DNA of 64,000 bases from Desulfobulbus sp. (lineage in GTDB: Bacteria; Desulfobacterota; Desulfobulbia; Desulfobulbales; Desulfobulbaceae). This document shows, one piece after another, positions 21,511-30,620 of this stretch. Every line of letters begins with the position of its first letter. Position 1 is the first letter of the stretch. Below the pieces are notes generated by a model, which was not told the DNA's origin, did not search any database, and saw nothing but the letters and a program-made list of their open reading frames with translations. Made by a program: the position numbers and the translations under genes. Location of the stretch: contig JAXGZR010000004.1 of the NCBI GenBank assembly GCA_040776885.1, positions 240,320 to 304,319 of the forward strand, read 5' to 3'.

Positions 21511-22293
21511 TCAATCTGCCTTTTTGAAGCTGATTAACGGACAGTTCTTACAGATATCAGCGCCAGGGAAGGGATTACCCAGGCGGGTAATGGCCACTCC
21601 ACCCTTGTCTTCTATGCGCTTTTGCATGCGGGTGATCATGGCATTGAGATGTGCAAAGGGGATGGAAACGTTGATTTCGCCCCGCTCTGTTTTGCCGGAA
21701 TTGTAACTGCCGCTGCAGGCCAGGTATAGATTGGCCTGCTGGCTGTTGTGGCTGTACACGTTGCCGCCGCAGGCCGCCGAGTTGATGGTCAACGCGGGGC
21801 GAAGTGGGTGGATGTCTTGGGTGGCCATCCAGTCGCCAAGCAGGTGGTAGGCTTGCATGGTGTCACAGTAGAAATGCACCACATCCGGTGTCATGGTCGC
21901 CGCTGCCAAGGGAACAACCGCAACTGCCAGCAAGGTGTTTTCCGGTAGGCGGGGTTTGCTTTGTACAAAGCGGGCAGATTGCTCCATGTCCTGGCAATAC
22001 TTAAGGTGGCTTTTCACTTCTGCCTCGTCAAACTCCTTCCAGCCAAACACGTAACGGGCGTTGCTGCAGCCCAGTTTGTTGCGCTCCAGTAAAACAGGCA
22101 GATTTTCCATACGTGCGCCGATTTCCACCTGACAAAAAGTAATGGCTTTAACCGGGCTATAGTACTCGGCATTGTTGCGAAAACTGTCGAGTTCTTCCTG
22201 TTTGAAAAAGTACTTGATGGCAATGGGCGAAGTCATGAGCCGTAATTCTTGCATGAGAAATTGTTCGGCTTCGGGGTAGGTCAAGTTGGTCAT
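21511..22293 (-). CDS. DUF169 (COG2043) family Cys-rich protein
   Basis: PIAIKYF, TFCQ, LGCSNA, PDVVHFYC, SAACGG, LACSGS...K...E..V.IP pattern; AAGGAGG RBS before ATG22293. Confidence 0.8.
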   Translation of the reverse strand: MTNLTYPEAEQFLMQELRLMTSPIAIKYFFKQEELDSFRNNAEYYSPVKAITFCQVEIGARMENLPVLLERNKLGCSNARYVFGWKEFDEAEVKSHLKYCQDMEQSARFVQSKPRLPENTLLAVAVVPLAAATMTPDVVHFYCDTMQAYHLLGDWMATQDIHPLRPALTINSAACGGNVYSHNSQQANLYLACSGSYNSGKTERGEINVSIPFAHLNAMITRMQKRIEDKGGVAITRLGNPFPGADICKNCPLISFKKAD

Positions 22294-22375
22294 CGGTGTC
22301 CTCCTTGGTTGTCTATTGACAGGTATGTTTTCAAGATGACGGACGGCTGCCAGCAGAGCACTGTTGGAGCCAGCC

Positions 22376-22482
22376 GGAACAGTAGATAGGGTTGCAGCAA
22401 GGGTATGTGCTTCCGTAAAGGCAGTAAAAATATCAGCGCGAGCAAGGAACAGTAGATAGGGTTGCAGCAAGGGTATGTGCTT
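22376..22482. repeat. Two identical 37-bp direct repeats separated by 33 bp
   Basis: GGAACAGTAGATAGGGTTGCAGCAAGGGTATGTGCTT at 22376-22412 and 22446-22482; period 70 bp. Confidence 0.9.
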
Positions 22483-22556
22483 GGCAAAAGGTCCAAAAAA
22501 TCTGGTGCCTGCTCTTTGTCATTTTTTGGGCAGGAAAGTGCGCTAATCATAACAGA

Positions 22557-22588
22557 TTTTCGATATGGTTAATAAACTATATCGAAAA
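22557..22588. promoter_or_regulatory. 32-bp near-perfect palindrome (operator-like)
   Basis: TTTTCGATATGGTTAATAAACTATATCGAAAA; 28/32 identical to its reverse complement. Confidence 0.6.
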
Positions 22589-22976
22589 GGCAAGAAAAAA
22601 GGAGCCAAAGCAGTTGATTCTGAACAAGGCTTTGGTAATGTGCGGATTTTTGTCAGCAATATCAGCCTGCTGCACAATTCGGGCTACACAAAAAACCACC
22701 AGTAGCTCAGCAAAAAAGAAGTCAGATCCCCCTTCAATTCCTTGCGACAAGGAGGAATTACCTGTTTAGGGCTGCCTACCAGTCATCAGCAAAGAGCAAA
22801 TTTCGGTTCTTGTCCTGTCGGGTGACACAGGGAGGGAGTGGGGTAGAGCCCGGCAGATGGGGCTCAGGGCTAGAATTTGTTTATTATGCTTGTAGATCAG
22901 GCAAAACTAAAACTCAAGCCCAGGCATCTGCATCTGGCCCCACGAGCAGCAGGATAAAAGAGACATTCAGTGCAGG

Positions 22977-23013
22977 CCATGGATACCCGCTTGAATGAAG
23001 CGGATATCCATGG
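22977..23013. terminator. Long stem-loop downstream of the cytochrome c gene
   Basis: CCATGGATACCCGCTT-GAATG-AAGCGGATATCCATGG, 15/16 paired; no clear U tract. Confidence 0.4.
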
Positions 23014-23065
23014 AAGAAGTGATCGGCTACTTCACCTTATATCCAGGTTATAGCCCTGGGTCTAA

Positions 23066-23527
23066 TCAGTATTTAGCCTTGATTTTTTCCAATTGTTCCT
23101 TGGAGATACCGGGCACTTCATTGCGAGCCCGCCAGCGATTCATATTCCAGGCTCCTTCACCAAGCCATTCTTTGATGATCTGCAGGTTCTTGCCGCGTTC
23201 CTCGTCGCTGTCGCCAAGGTACTGATACATGTTACCGGCTTTGCCGCTGGTTTTGCCGTCATCCAGCCGCCGCATCATGGCGCCCGTGGCCGGCCAGACA
23301 ACATAGCTCATGAAATGTGGATAGGTATCCATGCGTGGCGGTGTTTCATCCTTAACTTTTTCGTCCAACAACTCCCAGTCATTGTACTCTGGGGCGGTCG
23401 CTTCATGGCACTGAATGCACTTGGCGTCAAACAGAGGTTTGACATCACTGCGCCAGGTGCGCTCCTGAGCCACGGCTGGCACGGCCAGGACTACCAACAT
23501 CAGGGTCAACGCAATCTGTTTAGTCAT
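23066..23527 (-). CDS. Periplasmic monoheme c-type cytochrome
   Basis: Signal peptide, single CIQCH, RMDTYPHF..WPATGAMMRRLDDG..GNMYQYLG; GGGAGG RBS. Confidence 0.85.
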   Translation of the reverse strand: MTKQIALTLMLVVLAVPAVAQERTWRSDVKPLFDAKCIQCHEATAPEYNDWELLDEKVKDETPPRMDTYPHFMSYVVWPATGAMMRRLDDGKTSGKAGNMYQYLGDSDEERGKNLQIIKEWLGEGAWNMNRWRARNEVPGISKEQLEKIKAKY

Positions 23528-23558
23528 GATGTTCCTCCCTAGGTCTGATTGGGGTTAA

Positions 23559-25048
23559 CAGCCCGTTGAATAATCCGCAGTTTTGAATACCGTAAACAAC
23601 GGCTGGTTGTCAGATTTGCCAGCCGATGCAGACAATTATGGGATAATCCGGCTGTTCGGTGGCATTTGGCACCCAAATGACCAATATGAGCAGGCCCAAC
23701 TCGCCGATGCGGGCAAAAATCAGCCATGCCGGTGCATCGGCCAGGCCTTTGGGCGTGCCCAAACCGAATAATGCGCGCAGCAGTACCCCCAAATTGAACC
23801 CGGCGACATGGATGATGTAGCGCTTCTCTATATTCTCGATCCCCCGCAAAAAACTGCGGCGCATACCGCCCCGGTCAAGGCAAAGGGCAAAACTGCGCTC
23901 CACTTTCTCGCCCCGCGCACGCAAAAGCGCCTTGCCCTTGCAGGATTTCAGCCGGGTACGGTTCCCGTACACCGCTGCCCGCGCTTTTATATCGCCATAC
24001 CAGCGCAAATGTCCCTTTGCTTTCGGCTCACTGATCCGGCTGCGGCAACAATCCGGCAAACTTTTCAAGACCTCCCGGCTATGATAGCCCTTATCCGCCA
24101 CCAGATCAAAGGGCTCGTCAATACCGGGCGCTTCTTCCTCCTCCCTGATCGCACACAGCTTGGCCTGAGCATCTGTAAGCGTGTCCGCAACAGTCTTGGT
24201 ATCGCCCTGATCCGCAGGATGTATCACCGCAGCAACTATCGCTCCAGATTCCAGATCAACCACATGCTCGGGCTTGTACGCCATGTGCGTGCGGCCATCC
24301 TTGAGTCTGGCTATGCAAGACTCCTCATCCGTGCTCGATTGCCACTCCTTGTTAGAGGCTTTCTTCCCCTTGCGCTTGCGGTCAAAGGCCACAAGCTCGG
24401 CCTGAGTTGGCGTTTTGATGCCGCTTTCTTCAGCCAATCGCTCAAGCATCTCCTGATAGGTCTCGCCCGTGTCCCTGCGTACAATGCTCTTCATGGCTGC
24501 ATTGGCCTCCATGGTCGAGGCGTCGATTCCCAGGTATTTTCCACCCAGCAGGTTGGCCTGCTCCAAAAGCTTGAGCACAAAGACAAACATTTCGTGATGG
24601 ACTTCAAGCGGCAGGCGCTGGCGGATACGGCACAAAGAGGAGTGATCGGGCACGGTTTCGGTGGGTGCAAGGCCGAGGAATTCGCGCAAAGACAGGGAAT
24701 CGCTGCAGCGCCAGCAGATGCCGCGCTCCGAGTCGATGCCCTCAAAATAGCCGATCAAAAGCATGCGGAAATAGCGGCCCGGCGGGATAGATTTGCGGCC
24801 GAGCTTTTCGGCGTAGAACGGAGCACACAGGTTTTCGACGTGGCTGTCAAAGCCGCCCTGGCGCAGGATTTTCTGCAGCCGCTCATAAAAGACATGCCCC
24901 TTGCTTTGGGGAAACTGATCATACGAAAGCCACATGCTGCGCTGCTGTTCCTTGCGCCGGCCAAGACTCATGACAATCTCCGTAAAAATATCAACCTGCT
25001 ATTCAGCTTTCCTATTATGCCCTGACTGGTGAGTTTTTCAACAGGCTG
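23559..25048 (-). mobile_element. IS1182-like insertion sequence (1490 bp)
   Basis: Ends CAGCCCGTTGAATAATC and (reverse complement) CAGCCTGTTGAAAAACT; both flanked by TTAA (23555-23558, 25049-25052). Confidence 0.85.
23610..24971 (-). CDS. DDE transposase, IS1182-like
   Basis: GRKSIPPGRYFRMLLIGYFEGIDSERGI, PDHSSL, GIDASTMEANAA, VADKGY, VERSFA. Confidence 0.9.
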   Translation of the reverse strand: MSLGRRKEQQRSMWLSYDQFPQSKGHVFYERLQKILRQGGFDSHVENLCAPFYAEKLGRKSIPPGRYFRMLLIGYFEGIDSERGICWRCSDSLSLREFLGLAPTETVPDHSSLCRIRQRLPLEVHHEMFVFVLKLLEQANLLGGKYLGIDASTMEANAAMKSIVRRDTGETYQEMLERLAEESGIKTPTQAELVAFDRKRKGKKASNKEWQSSTDEESCIARLKDGRTHMAYKPEHVVDLESGAIVAAVIHPADQGDTKTVADTLTDAQAKLCAIREEEEAPGIDEPFDLVADKGYHSREVLKSLPDCCRSRISEPKAKGHLRWYGDIKARAAVYGNRTRLKSCKGKALLRARGEKVERSFALCLDRGGMRRSFLRGIENIEKRYIIHVAGFNLGVLLRALFGLGTPKGLADAPAWLIFARIGELGLLILVIWVPNATEQPDYPIIVCIGWQI

Positions 25049-25179
25049 TTAAAGGTGGGCTGTATTTTAAATGTAACCCACCACAATGTAGCTACCTTAT
25101 CCCATAATGGTAGAAAAGGGGAGCGGTTGTTTTTGTTGATACTCTCCTCCCCCCAGTTTCCTGAGGTCAAGGTGAATTT

Positions 25180-25195
25180 TGTGACCAGTTTCGCA
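25180..25195. promoter_or_regulatory. Crp/Fnr-family (CRP/HcpR-like) site
   Basis: TGTGA-CCAGTT-TCGCA, 9/10 to TGTGA-N6-TCACA. Confidence 0.35.
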
Positions 25196-25421
25196 CAAGG
25201 GCGTATCAAATCTGTCGCCCAACTCGCGTGTCACCCAAAAGGGAGCCAGCTGGATAACTGACGATAGTTGCGATCAAGTTTGCCGTCTGCTTTCAACTGC
25301 CCGCTTATCGGTTCAATCATATGGCATTGGCCCAGCCCCTTGTGTAATCACCTACACTTCTTATTGTGCACAAATATATACAAATAAAGCAGCCCACGCA
25401 TATTCAATACAGGTTGATACA

Positions 25422-26327
25422 ATGACGAACACAAACCCTCAGACTAGTGAACGCCCCCGCAAGGAGGTGGCCGGAATCTACACTGCCCCGCCCGCCCACT
25501 GGGTGGGCAATGGTTTTCACGTGCGCAGCATGTTCAGCTATGCAGACGCCTTTCAGGGCAGCGACCCCTTTGTGCTTTTGGACTATGCGGCAGAAGAGCA
25601 GTTCAGTCCCAACCCAGGCGCGCCCCGGGGCGTGGGCCCGCATCCGCACAAGGGTTTTGAGACCGTGACCATTGCCTACCAGGGCGAGGTGGCCCATCGC
25701 GATTCCAGCGGTGGCGGCGGCACCATTCAGGCGGGTGATGTCCAGTGGATGACCGCAGGCCGGGGCATAGTCCATGAGGAGTTCCACTCACGGGAGTTCA
25801 GTGAGCAGGGCGGCCCTTTTGAGATGGTGCAACTCTGGGTGAACCTGCCTGCCAAAGACAAGGATACCCCGGCTGCCTACCAGCCCATCCGCAAGGAGGA
25901 GATTCCAGTGCTGAGCTTGCCGGATGATGCGGGTAGCCTGCGCCTGATTGCGGGCAGCTATCAGGGTAAACAGGGCCCGGCCAAGACCTTCACGGCAATG
26001 AATGTGTGGGATGTGGTGCTGCACGCAGGTGCGAGCACGGCTTTTATTCTACCGGCTACACACAACCTGAGCCTGGCCATCCTGCGTGGTGAGGTACGCA
26101 TCAATGAGGGTGAGAGCGCTCAGGCAGACGATTTGGTGCGCTTTCAAGCGGGCGGGGAAGTGCTGGAGTTGCAGGCAGGGGAAGAAGGTGCAACCCTGCT
26201 GCTGCTTTCCGGGGTACCCCTTGATGAGCCGGTGGTGGGCTATGGCCCCTTTGTCATGAACTCCATGGATGAGATCCGCCAGGCCTTTGCCGATTACGAA
26301 CGGGGCAAATTCGGCAAGCTCGTTTAG
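25422..26327 (+). CDS. Pirin family protein
   Basis: DPFVLLD, HPHKGFETVT, HRDS, VQWMTAGRGIVHEE, QLWVNLP, YGPFVMN. Confidence 0.93.
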   Translation: MTNTNPQTSERPRKEVAGIYTAPPAHWVGNGFHVRSMFSYADAFQGSDPFVLLDYAAEEQFSPNPGAPRGVGPHPHKGFETVTIAYQGEVAHRDSSGGGGTIQAGDVQWMTAGRGIVHEEFHSREFSEQGGPFEMVQLWVNLPAKDKDTPAAYQPIRKEEIPVLSLPDDAGSLRLIAGSYQGKQGPAKTFTAMNVWDVVLHAGASTAFILPATHNLSLAILRGEVRINEGESAQADDLVRFQAGGEVLELQAGEEGATLLLLSGVPLDEPVVGYGPFVMNSMDEIRQAFADYERGKFGKLV

Positions 26328-26405
26328 ACAATTATGCTCGCACGGGCGATGCGCAGCTGCGCAGCTATAGGCAGTGCATTGCCCGGCTTGCATCTTCAAA
26401 TCATT

Positions 26406-27725
26406 TCAAAGGAGTTCTTGCGGGTTCTCGTCCGCCTCCGGCTCCAGCAGGCGGCTGGCCAGCACCTTGTCGATGCGGTTGCCGTCCAGATCCACCACTT
26501 CCAGCCGCCATCCCTCCCATTCAGTGATATCACCGGTATGGGGCACCCGGCCCACCAGCCACATTACCATGCCGCTGAGGGTATGGTAGCGGCCTTTTTC
26601 TTCCTCTGGCACGGTTTTCAAATCAAGCCGGTCTTTCAGCTCCGGAATGGGGATGAGTCCGTCCAATAGCCAGGAACCATCTGCACGCTGCACAGCCCAG
26701 ACATCTTCCGGGTCACGCGGCCTGAATTCGCCAGCCAAGGCCTCGAGCAGGTTCTGCAGGGTTACAAGGCCAAGAATTTCTCCATACTCGTCAACCACAA
26801 AAACCATCTGCACCCCTGATTCACGGAACTGCTCCAGGAGCTTCATGCCTGTGAGGGATTCCGGCACATAGACAGCGGGCTGCAGGTAATCGACGATCTT
26901 TTCCTGCGGTTCACCTTGCAAGTGCTGTTTCAATAACCGCTTGGCACTGATCACCCCCAAAACCGCATGCAGGCCGCCCTGGCAAACCGGAAAACGGGAA
27001 TGATCCGAGGCCGTGAGCTTATCCAGGCCTTCTTCAAGGGGTGCGTCCATATCCAGCCAGACAATATCGCTGCGTGGCGTCATCAGGGAGGCAATCTGAC
27101 GGTCATCAAGCCGGAACACATTGCGCACCATGTCGTGCTCGTGCTTTTCAATCACCCCCGCCTGCGAGCCTTCCACCAGAATGGCGTGGATGTCTTCTTC
27201 TGTCAGGTTGGCGCTGCTCAGCTCTTTTTTGCCCAAAAGACGCAAAAGGCCATCGGTGGACACGGTCAGCAGGGCAACAAAGGGGCGCGACAACTGCGCC
27301 AAAAACGCTATGGGCCGAGCCATCAGCCGCGCAATTCCTTCTGCGTTGAACTGGGCGATGCGCTTGGGTACCAGTTCCCCCACCACAATGGAAAAATAGG
27401 TGACAGTCACTACCACAAGGGTGGTTGCGCCGATGGCACTGATCCTCTCATCAACACCCCAACCGTAGAGCAGCCCAGCAAGAGGACCGGCAAGCGCGGC
27501 CTCGCCGACAATACCGTTGAGGATACCGATGGCAGTGATACCTATTTGGATTGTGGAAAGAAACTGGGTGGGCTCCTCACCAAGGTGGATGGCAACAGCG
27601 GCGGAGTGATCTCCATCTTCGGCCAGCTTTTGCAGGCGGCTTTTGCGGGCCGTAATCAGGGCGATTTCCGACATGGCAAAAATACCGTTAAGCACGATCA
27701 GGGCAACCAGTATGGCAAGTTCCAA
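26406..27725 (-). CDS. CNNM/HlyC-CorC family membrane protein (DUF21-CBS-CorC)
   Basis: LNGIFAMSEIA, FLSTIQIGIT, VVGELVPKRIA, HSRFPV, VVDEYG, WLLDG; TTG start with CAGGAG RBS. Confidence 0.9.
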   Translation of the reverse strand: MELAILVALIVLNGIFAMSEIALITARKSRLQKLAEDGDHSAAVAIHLGEEPTQFLSTIQIGITAIGILNGIVGEAALAGPLAGLLYGWGVDERISAIGATTLVVVTVTYFSIVVGELVPKRIAQFNAEGIARLMARPIAFLAQLSRPFVALLTVSTDGLLRLLGKKELSSANLTEEDIHAILVEGSQAGVIEKHEHDMVRNVFRLDDRQIASLMTPRSDIVWLDMDAPLEEGLDKLTASDHSRFPVCQGGLHAVLGVISAKRLLKQHLQGEPQEKIVDYLQPAVYVPESLTGMKLLEQFRESGVQMVFVVDEYGEILGLVTLQNLLEALAGEFRPRDPEDVWAVQRADGSWLLDGLIPIPELKDRLDLKTVPEEEKGRYHTLSGMVMWLVGRVPHTGDITEWEGWRLEVVDLDGNRIDKVLASRLLEPEADENPQELL

Positions 27726-27745
27726 GTGTGTTCTCCTGTATCTAG

Positions 27746-28050
27746 TTGTCCTTGAAAAAGGTCCTTCTCAGTTTGTAGCCTGTACGAGTCAATCTCTACC
27801 TTTTGTCATCTCGGGTCACACAAGAACTCCACAAGTTATCCAACGAAAAAGAAGCAGCATTTTCCTTAACTTCTTGAGGATAAGGTAGATATTGTGCCCG
27901 GTTCCGTTCAAAAGTGCATTGATTTTATCGACCAACTCGTCCCAGCGAAGGGTGTCGGTGAGTAGCCGCTGTTAATGGTTGTAGCCAAGCTTGCCTTTAG
28001 CCTTTGTATGCCGATCACCGGATCACCTACGTTGCGTTTTTCTCTGCCAT
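27746..28050 (-). pseudogene. Decayed 3' fragment of an IS5-family transposase and probable IS end
   Basis: Minus strand reads PVIG(-1 shift)HTKAKGKLGYNH*...DKINALLNGTGHNIYLILKKLR, resembling IS5 EPVIGHMK..GRL.RNYL..GD.INA.L...G.N. Boundaries approximate. Confidence 0.55.
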
Positions 28051-28728
28051 GCGTTTGGAGCAATGGCTGGGCGAGGCTGGGTCAAGGGCACCCCACAGAA
28101 GAAGCAGTTTTTGCCGCAGAAAAACTGTGTACGGGTTTTTCAGCCAGCGCTGCACGGTTGGTTGAGCGAATGCCTTGAGATATGTGCAGGCAAGTAAAAT
28201 TGATCATCAGGCAGAGGAAAATACCGGGGCAGCCATTTGCCCAAAACAGTGCACCGAATTCGCGTGCAAAGAACGGACTGCCAGTTAATGCAATGGATTC
28301 TGTCAAACGGTACAGTTCGTGGCCATGGTCACAGGATATGTTCCAGACGGTTGCGGAACAGATCTAGCTGGGGAATAGGACCCGGCTTTTTTACTACACT
28401 AGAAATTACTAGGAATTGCAGAGGAACAGTGCAACATTCTGCACTCAGGTGCTCTGCCTTCTAGTTTTATGAGAATATTTCATCTGGTTGGGAGATTTTT
28501 TGAAGGGGTGACTGCTGTATCGGTCGATTCGTTTCCAAGAGCACAGCATCTAGGTGTGGCTGCTTTAATTATACGTTCGGAAATGACGTTCGGAAATCCG
28601 TAAAATTTGGGCTGAGACAACAAAAGAGAGTAAAAAAGAGTCAAACCAGGGAGCGAATTGATGGTGCTGATTTGGGATTGAACAAGAAATACCGGTGCCT
28701 GTTCAGATGCGCGTCGTGCAGGCCTTTC

Positions 28729-29109
28729 TTACAAAGATTCCTGTTCGATCCAGTACTGAAAATGTTCGCTGATGCGGTAAAAGTCGGTAAGGGCACGTTC
28801 GCCAGCATTGGTCAGCCAGGCACCGCCACCCCGGGCTCCGCCTGTCTGCTTTTCCACCAGGGGTTCCGGGGCCAGCGTATTCATATCTTCCACCAAACGC
28901 CAGGCATGGCTGAAACTCATGCGCATGGATTTAGCTGCGGCCGAAACCGAGCCATGCTCCTTGATGCGCTCCAGCAGAATGATTCGGCCCCAGGAAAGAT
29001 AGGTCTGCTGATTTTTTTCAATCCATATGCGGCCTTTGAGCTGGAAGCCACCTTGCACTTGCCCGACGGCCATGGCATTTTCTTTACTTGTCTTTTTTAT
29101 TTTGGGCAT
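28729..29109 (-). CDS. ModE-like winged-helix regulator (DNA-binding domain only, 126 aa)
   Basis: YLSWGRIILLERIKEHGSVSAAAKSMRMSFSHAW..V..MN, GGARGGGAWLT; GGGAG RBS before ATG29109; no TOBE domains. Confidence 0.85.
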   Translation of the reverse strand: MPKIKKTSKENAMAVGQVQGGFQLKGRIWIEKNQQTYLSWGRIILLERIKEHGSVSAAAKSMRMSFSHAWRLVEDMNTLAPEPLVEKQTGGARGGGAWLTNAGERALTDFYRISEHFQYWIEQESL

Positions 29110-29137
29110 TGGTGCTCCCTTGCCTGCAAACGCAAAA

Positions 29138-29165
29138 ATCACTGTATATGCCGCAGTATAACGAA
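29138..29165. promoter_or_regulatory. ModE-box-like site upstream of the modE-like gene
   Basis: ATCACTGTATA-TGCCGC-AGTATAACGAA, 15/20 defined positions of ATCGNTATATA-N6-TATATANCGAT; 29 bp from the ATG. Confidence 0.55.
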
Positions 29166-29276
29166 TCTTTCTCCGGAAAAAAGAATAACGGATCAGGCTG
29201 CTGCTGGCAAGGAGGAAGCCCGTGCTGATCGATGCAGGCACATGGAAAAGGAGGCTGTCACCCGTGAAGTTGCAGT

Positions 29277-30620
29277 TTAAGAACGCTTGGTTTTGTCGAG
29301 TATGGCCAGCATTTCAATATGATGTGTTTGCGGGAACATGTCCAGTGGCAGGATGTTGTTGAGGGTATATCCACCAGTGAGCATGAGGCGCAAGTCGCGG
29401 GCATGGGTGGCTGGGTCGCAGGAGATGGAAACAATGCGTTGGGGCGCAAGTTGTGGCAAAAGGGCTGCGGCCTTGCCCAAGCCTTGGCGTGGCGGATCAA
29501 GCAGGATGATATCAAAGCGTTCCTGCCTGCGCACGAGGCGATTCAGTTCCGTCACTGCATCTGTGCTGCGAAAGCGAATTTGGCTCAGTCCAGCAAGTTG
29601 GCTGTTCATTTGTGCCCAGGCACAACTTTCCTTGCTGTATTCAACGCCAAGAACATGCGCACCCAACAGTGCAAGGGGAATGGTAAAATTGCCGGCCCCG
29701 CAAAACAGGTCCAGGGCCCTTGCTGGGGTAGCGGCGGCCTCCATGGCCAAGGCCACCAATCTGGCGTTTTGTTGGCAGTTCACCTGAAAAAACGAGCCAG
29801 GAGAGTAGCGCAGTTCATAATTGAGCCTGGAGTGGCTGAAGTGCTGGCACAGATATGCTGCTGTATGTTCGACATCTTCGCCTACTGCCTGCGGATGCAC
29901 GCCCTGGCCCTTGTGGGTGAGGACGAAGTCTGCCTGGGGGGCGAGCATGCGCGTCACTGTCTGTAGAATATTTGTGCCTGCTTGTTTTTTTGTGTGCAGC
30001 ATTAAAAAAATACGACCACTTGCCGGGCATTGAGACAGGGTAAGCGCAGTGGCAATGTGGGCAAGCAGGGCCAGATCTATTTTTTGGGCCAGGTGTGAAA
30101 GGGTGCTATTGATGCCATCTGTGGCCAGTAGGCAGCGCGTGACCGGGACAACGCTCCTGCTGCGGCGGCGGTAAAAACCCAGCAGCCCACCTTCTTGCAG
30201 GTGCAGGCGCAATCGGTGACGGTAGCCAAACTGTTGCGGCGAGGGTAGGGTAGGGGCAAGACAGTCCTGTGACAGCACAAGGCCAGCGCGCTGCAGGTTT
30301 TCCGCCACAATGGCCGCCTTCATGCGCAACTGGGTAGCATACTCGGTATGCTGTAGATTACAGCCACCGCAGTCCGCATAGTACGGACAGGGTGGCTCCA
30401 CCCGCTCCGGGCTGGCAACGAGCAGGGTGTCGATTGTTGCTTCCACATGGCCCCCAGCCTCGCGCAGCAGGCGAATACGCACCTCTTCGCCGGGCAACGC
30501 TTCTGCCACCAGTGCCACCTTGCCTCCGGCCAGACGGCCCAGGCCCCAGCCACCGTGCACCAGTTTTTCTATGCGCACAGAATCATTTGCGTTAAGTTGT
30601 TTTGGACGCTGCGTTTGCAT
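29277..30620 (-). CDS. RlmD/TrmA-family RNA m5U methyltransferase
   Basis: TRAM domain, CPYYADCGGC Fe-S motif, SFFQVN, DLFCGAGNF, LDPPRQG, SCDPAT, DMFPQTHHIE. Confidence 0.9.
   Translation of the reverse strand: MQTQRPKQLNANDSVRIEKLVHGGWGLGRLAGGKVALVAEALPGEEVRIRLLREAGGHVEATIDTLLVASPERVEPPCPYYADCGGCNLQHTEYATQLRMKAAIVAENLQRAGLVLSQDCLAPTLPSPQQFGYRHRLRLHLQEGGLLGFYRRRSRSVVPVTRCLLATDGINSTLSHLAQKIDLALLAHIATALTLSQCPASGRIFLMLHTKKQAGTNILQTVTRMLAPQADFVLTHKGQGVHPQAVGEDVEHTAAYLCQHFSHSRLNYELRYSPGSFFQVNCQQNARLVALAMEAAATPARALDLFCGAGNFTIPLALLGAHVLGVEYSKESCAWAQMNSQLAGLSQIRFRSTDAVTELNRLVRRQERFDIILLDPPRQGLGKAAALLPQLAPQRIVSISCDPATHARDLRLMLTGGYTLNNILPLDMFPQTHHIEMLAILDKTKRS

Noticed and set aside
22294-22470. 59-aa N-terminal extension of the DUF169 ORF
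   Set aside because: A strong AAGGAGG RBS precedes ATG22293, and the extension crosses repeats with a non-triplet period.
22376-22482. Calling the 37-bp repeat pair a CRISPR array
   Set aside because: Only two repeats, no cas genes in the window, atypical ends and weak palindrome; kept as a repeat and a finding.
22770-22795. GCTGATGAC on the minus strand suggesting a fluoride riboswitch
   Set aside because: The upstream GGCGATGGAG-type element and pseudoknot partner are missing.
28573-28597. ACGTTCGGAAAT x2 direct repeat
   Set aside because: Real, but short, intergenic and not near a gene start; most simply a slippage duplication.
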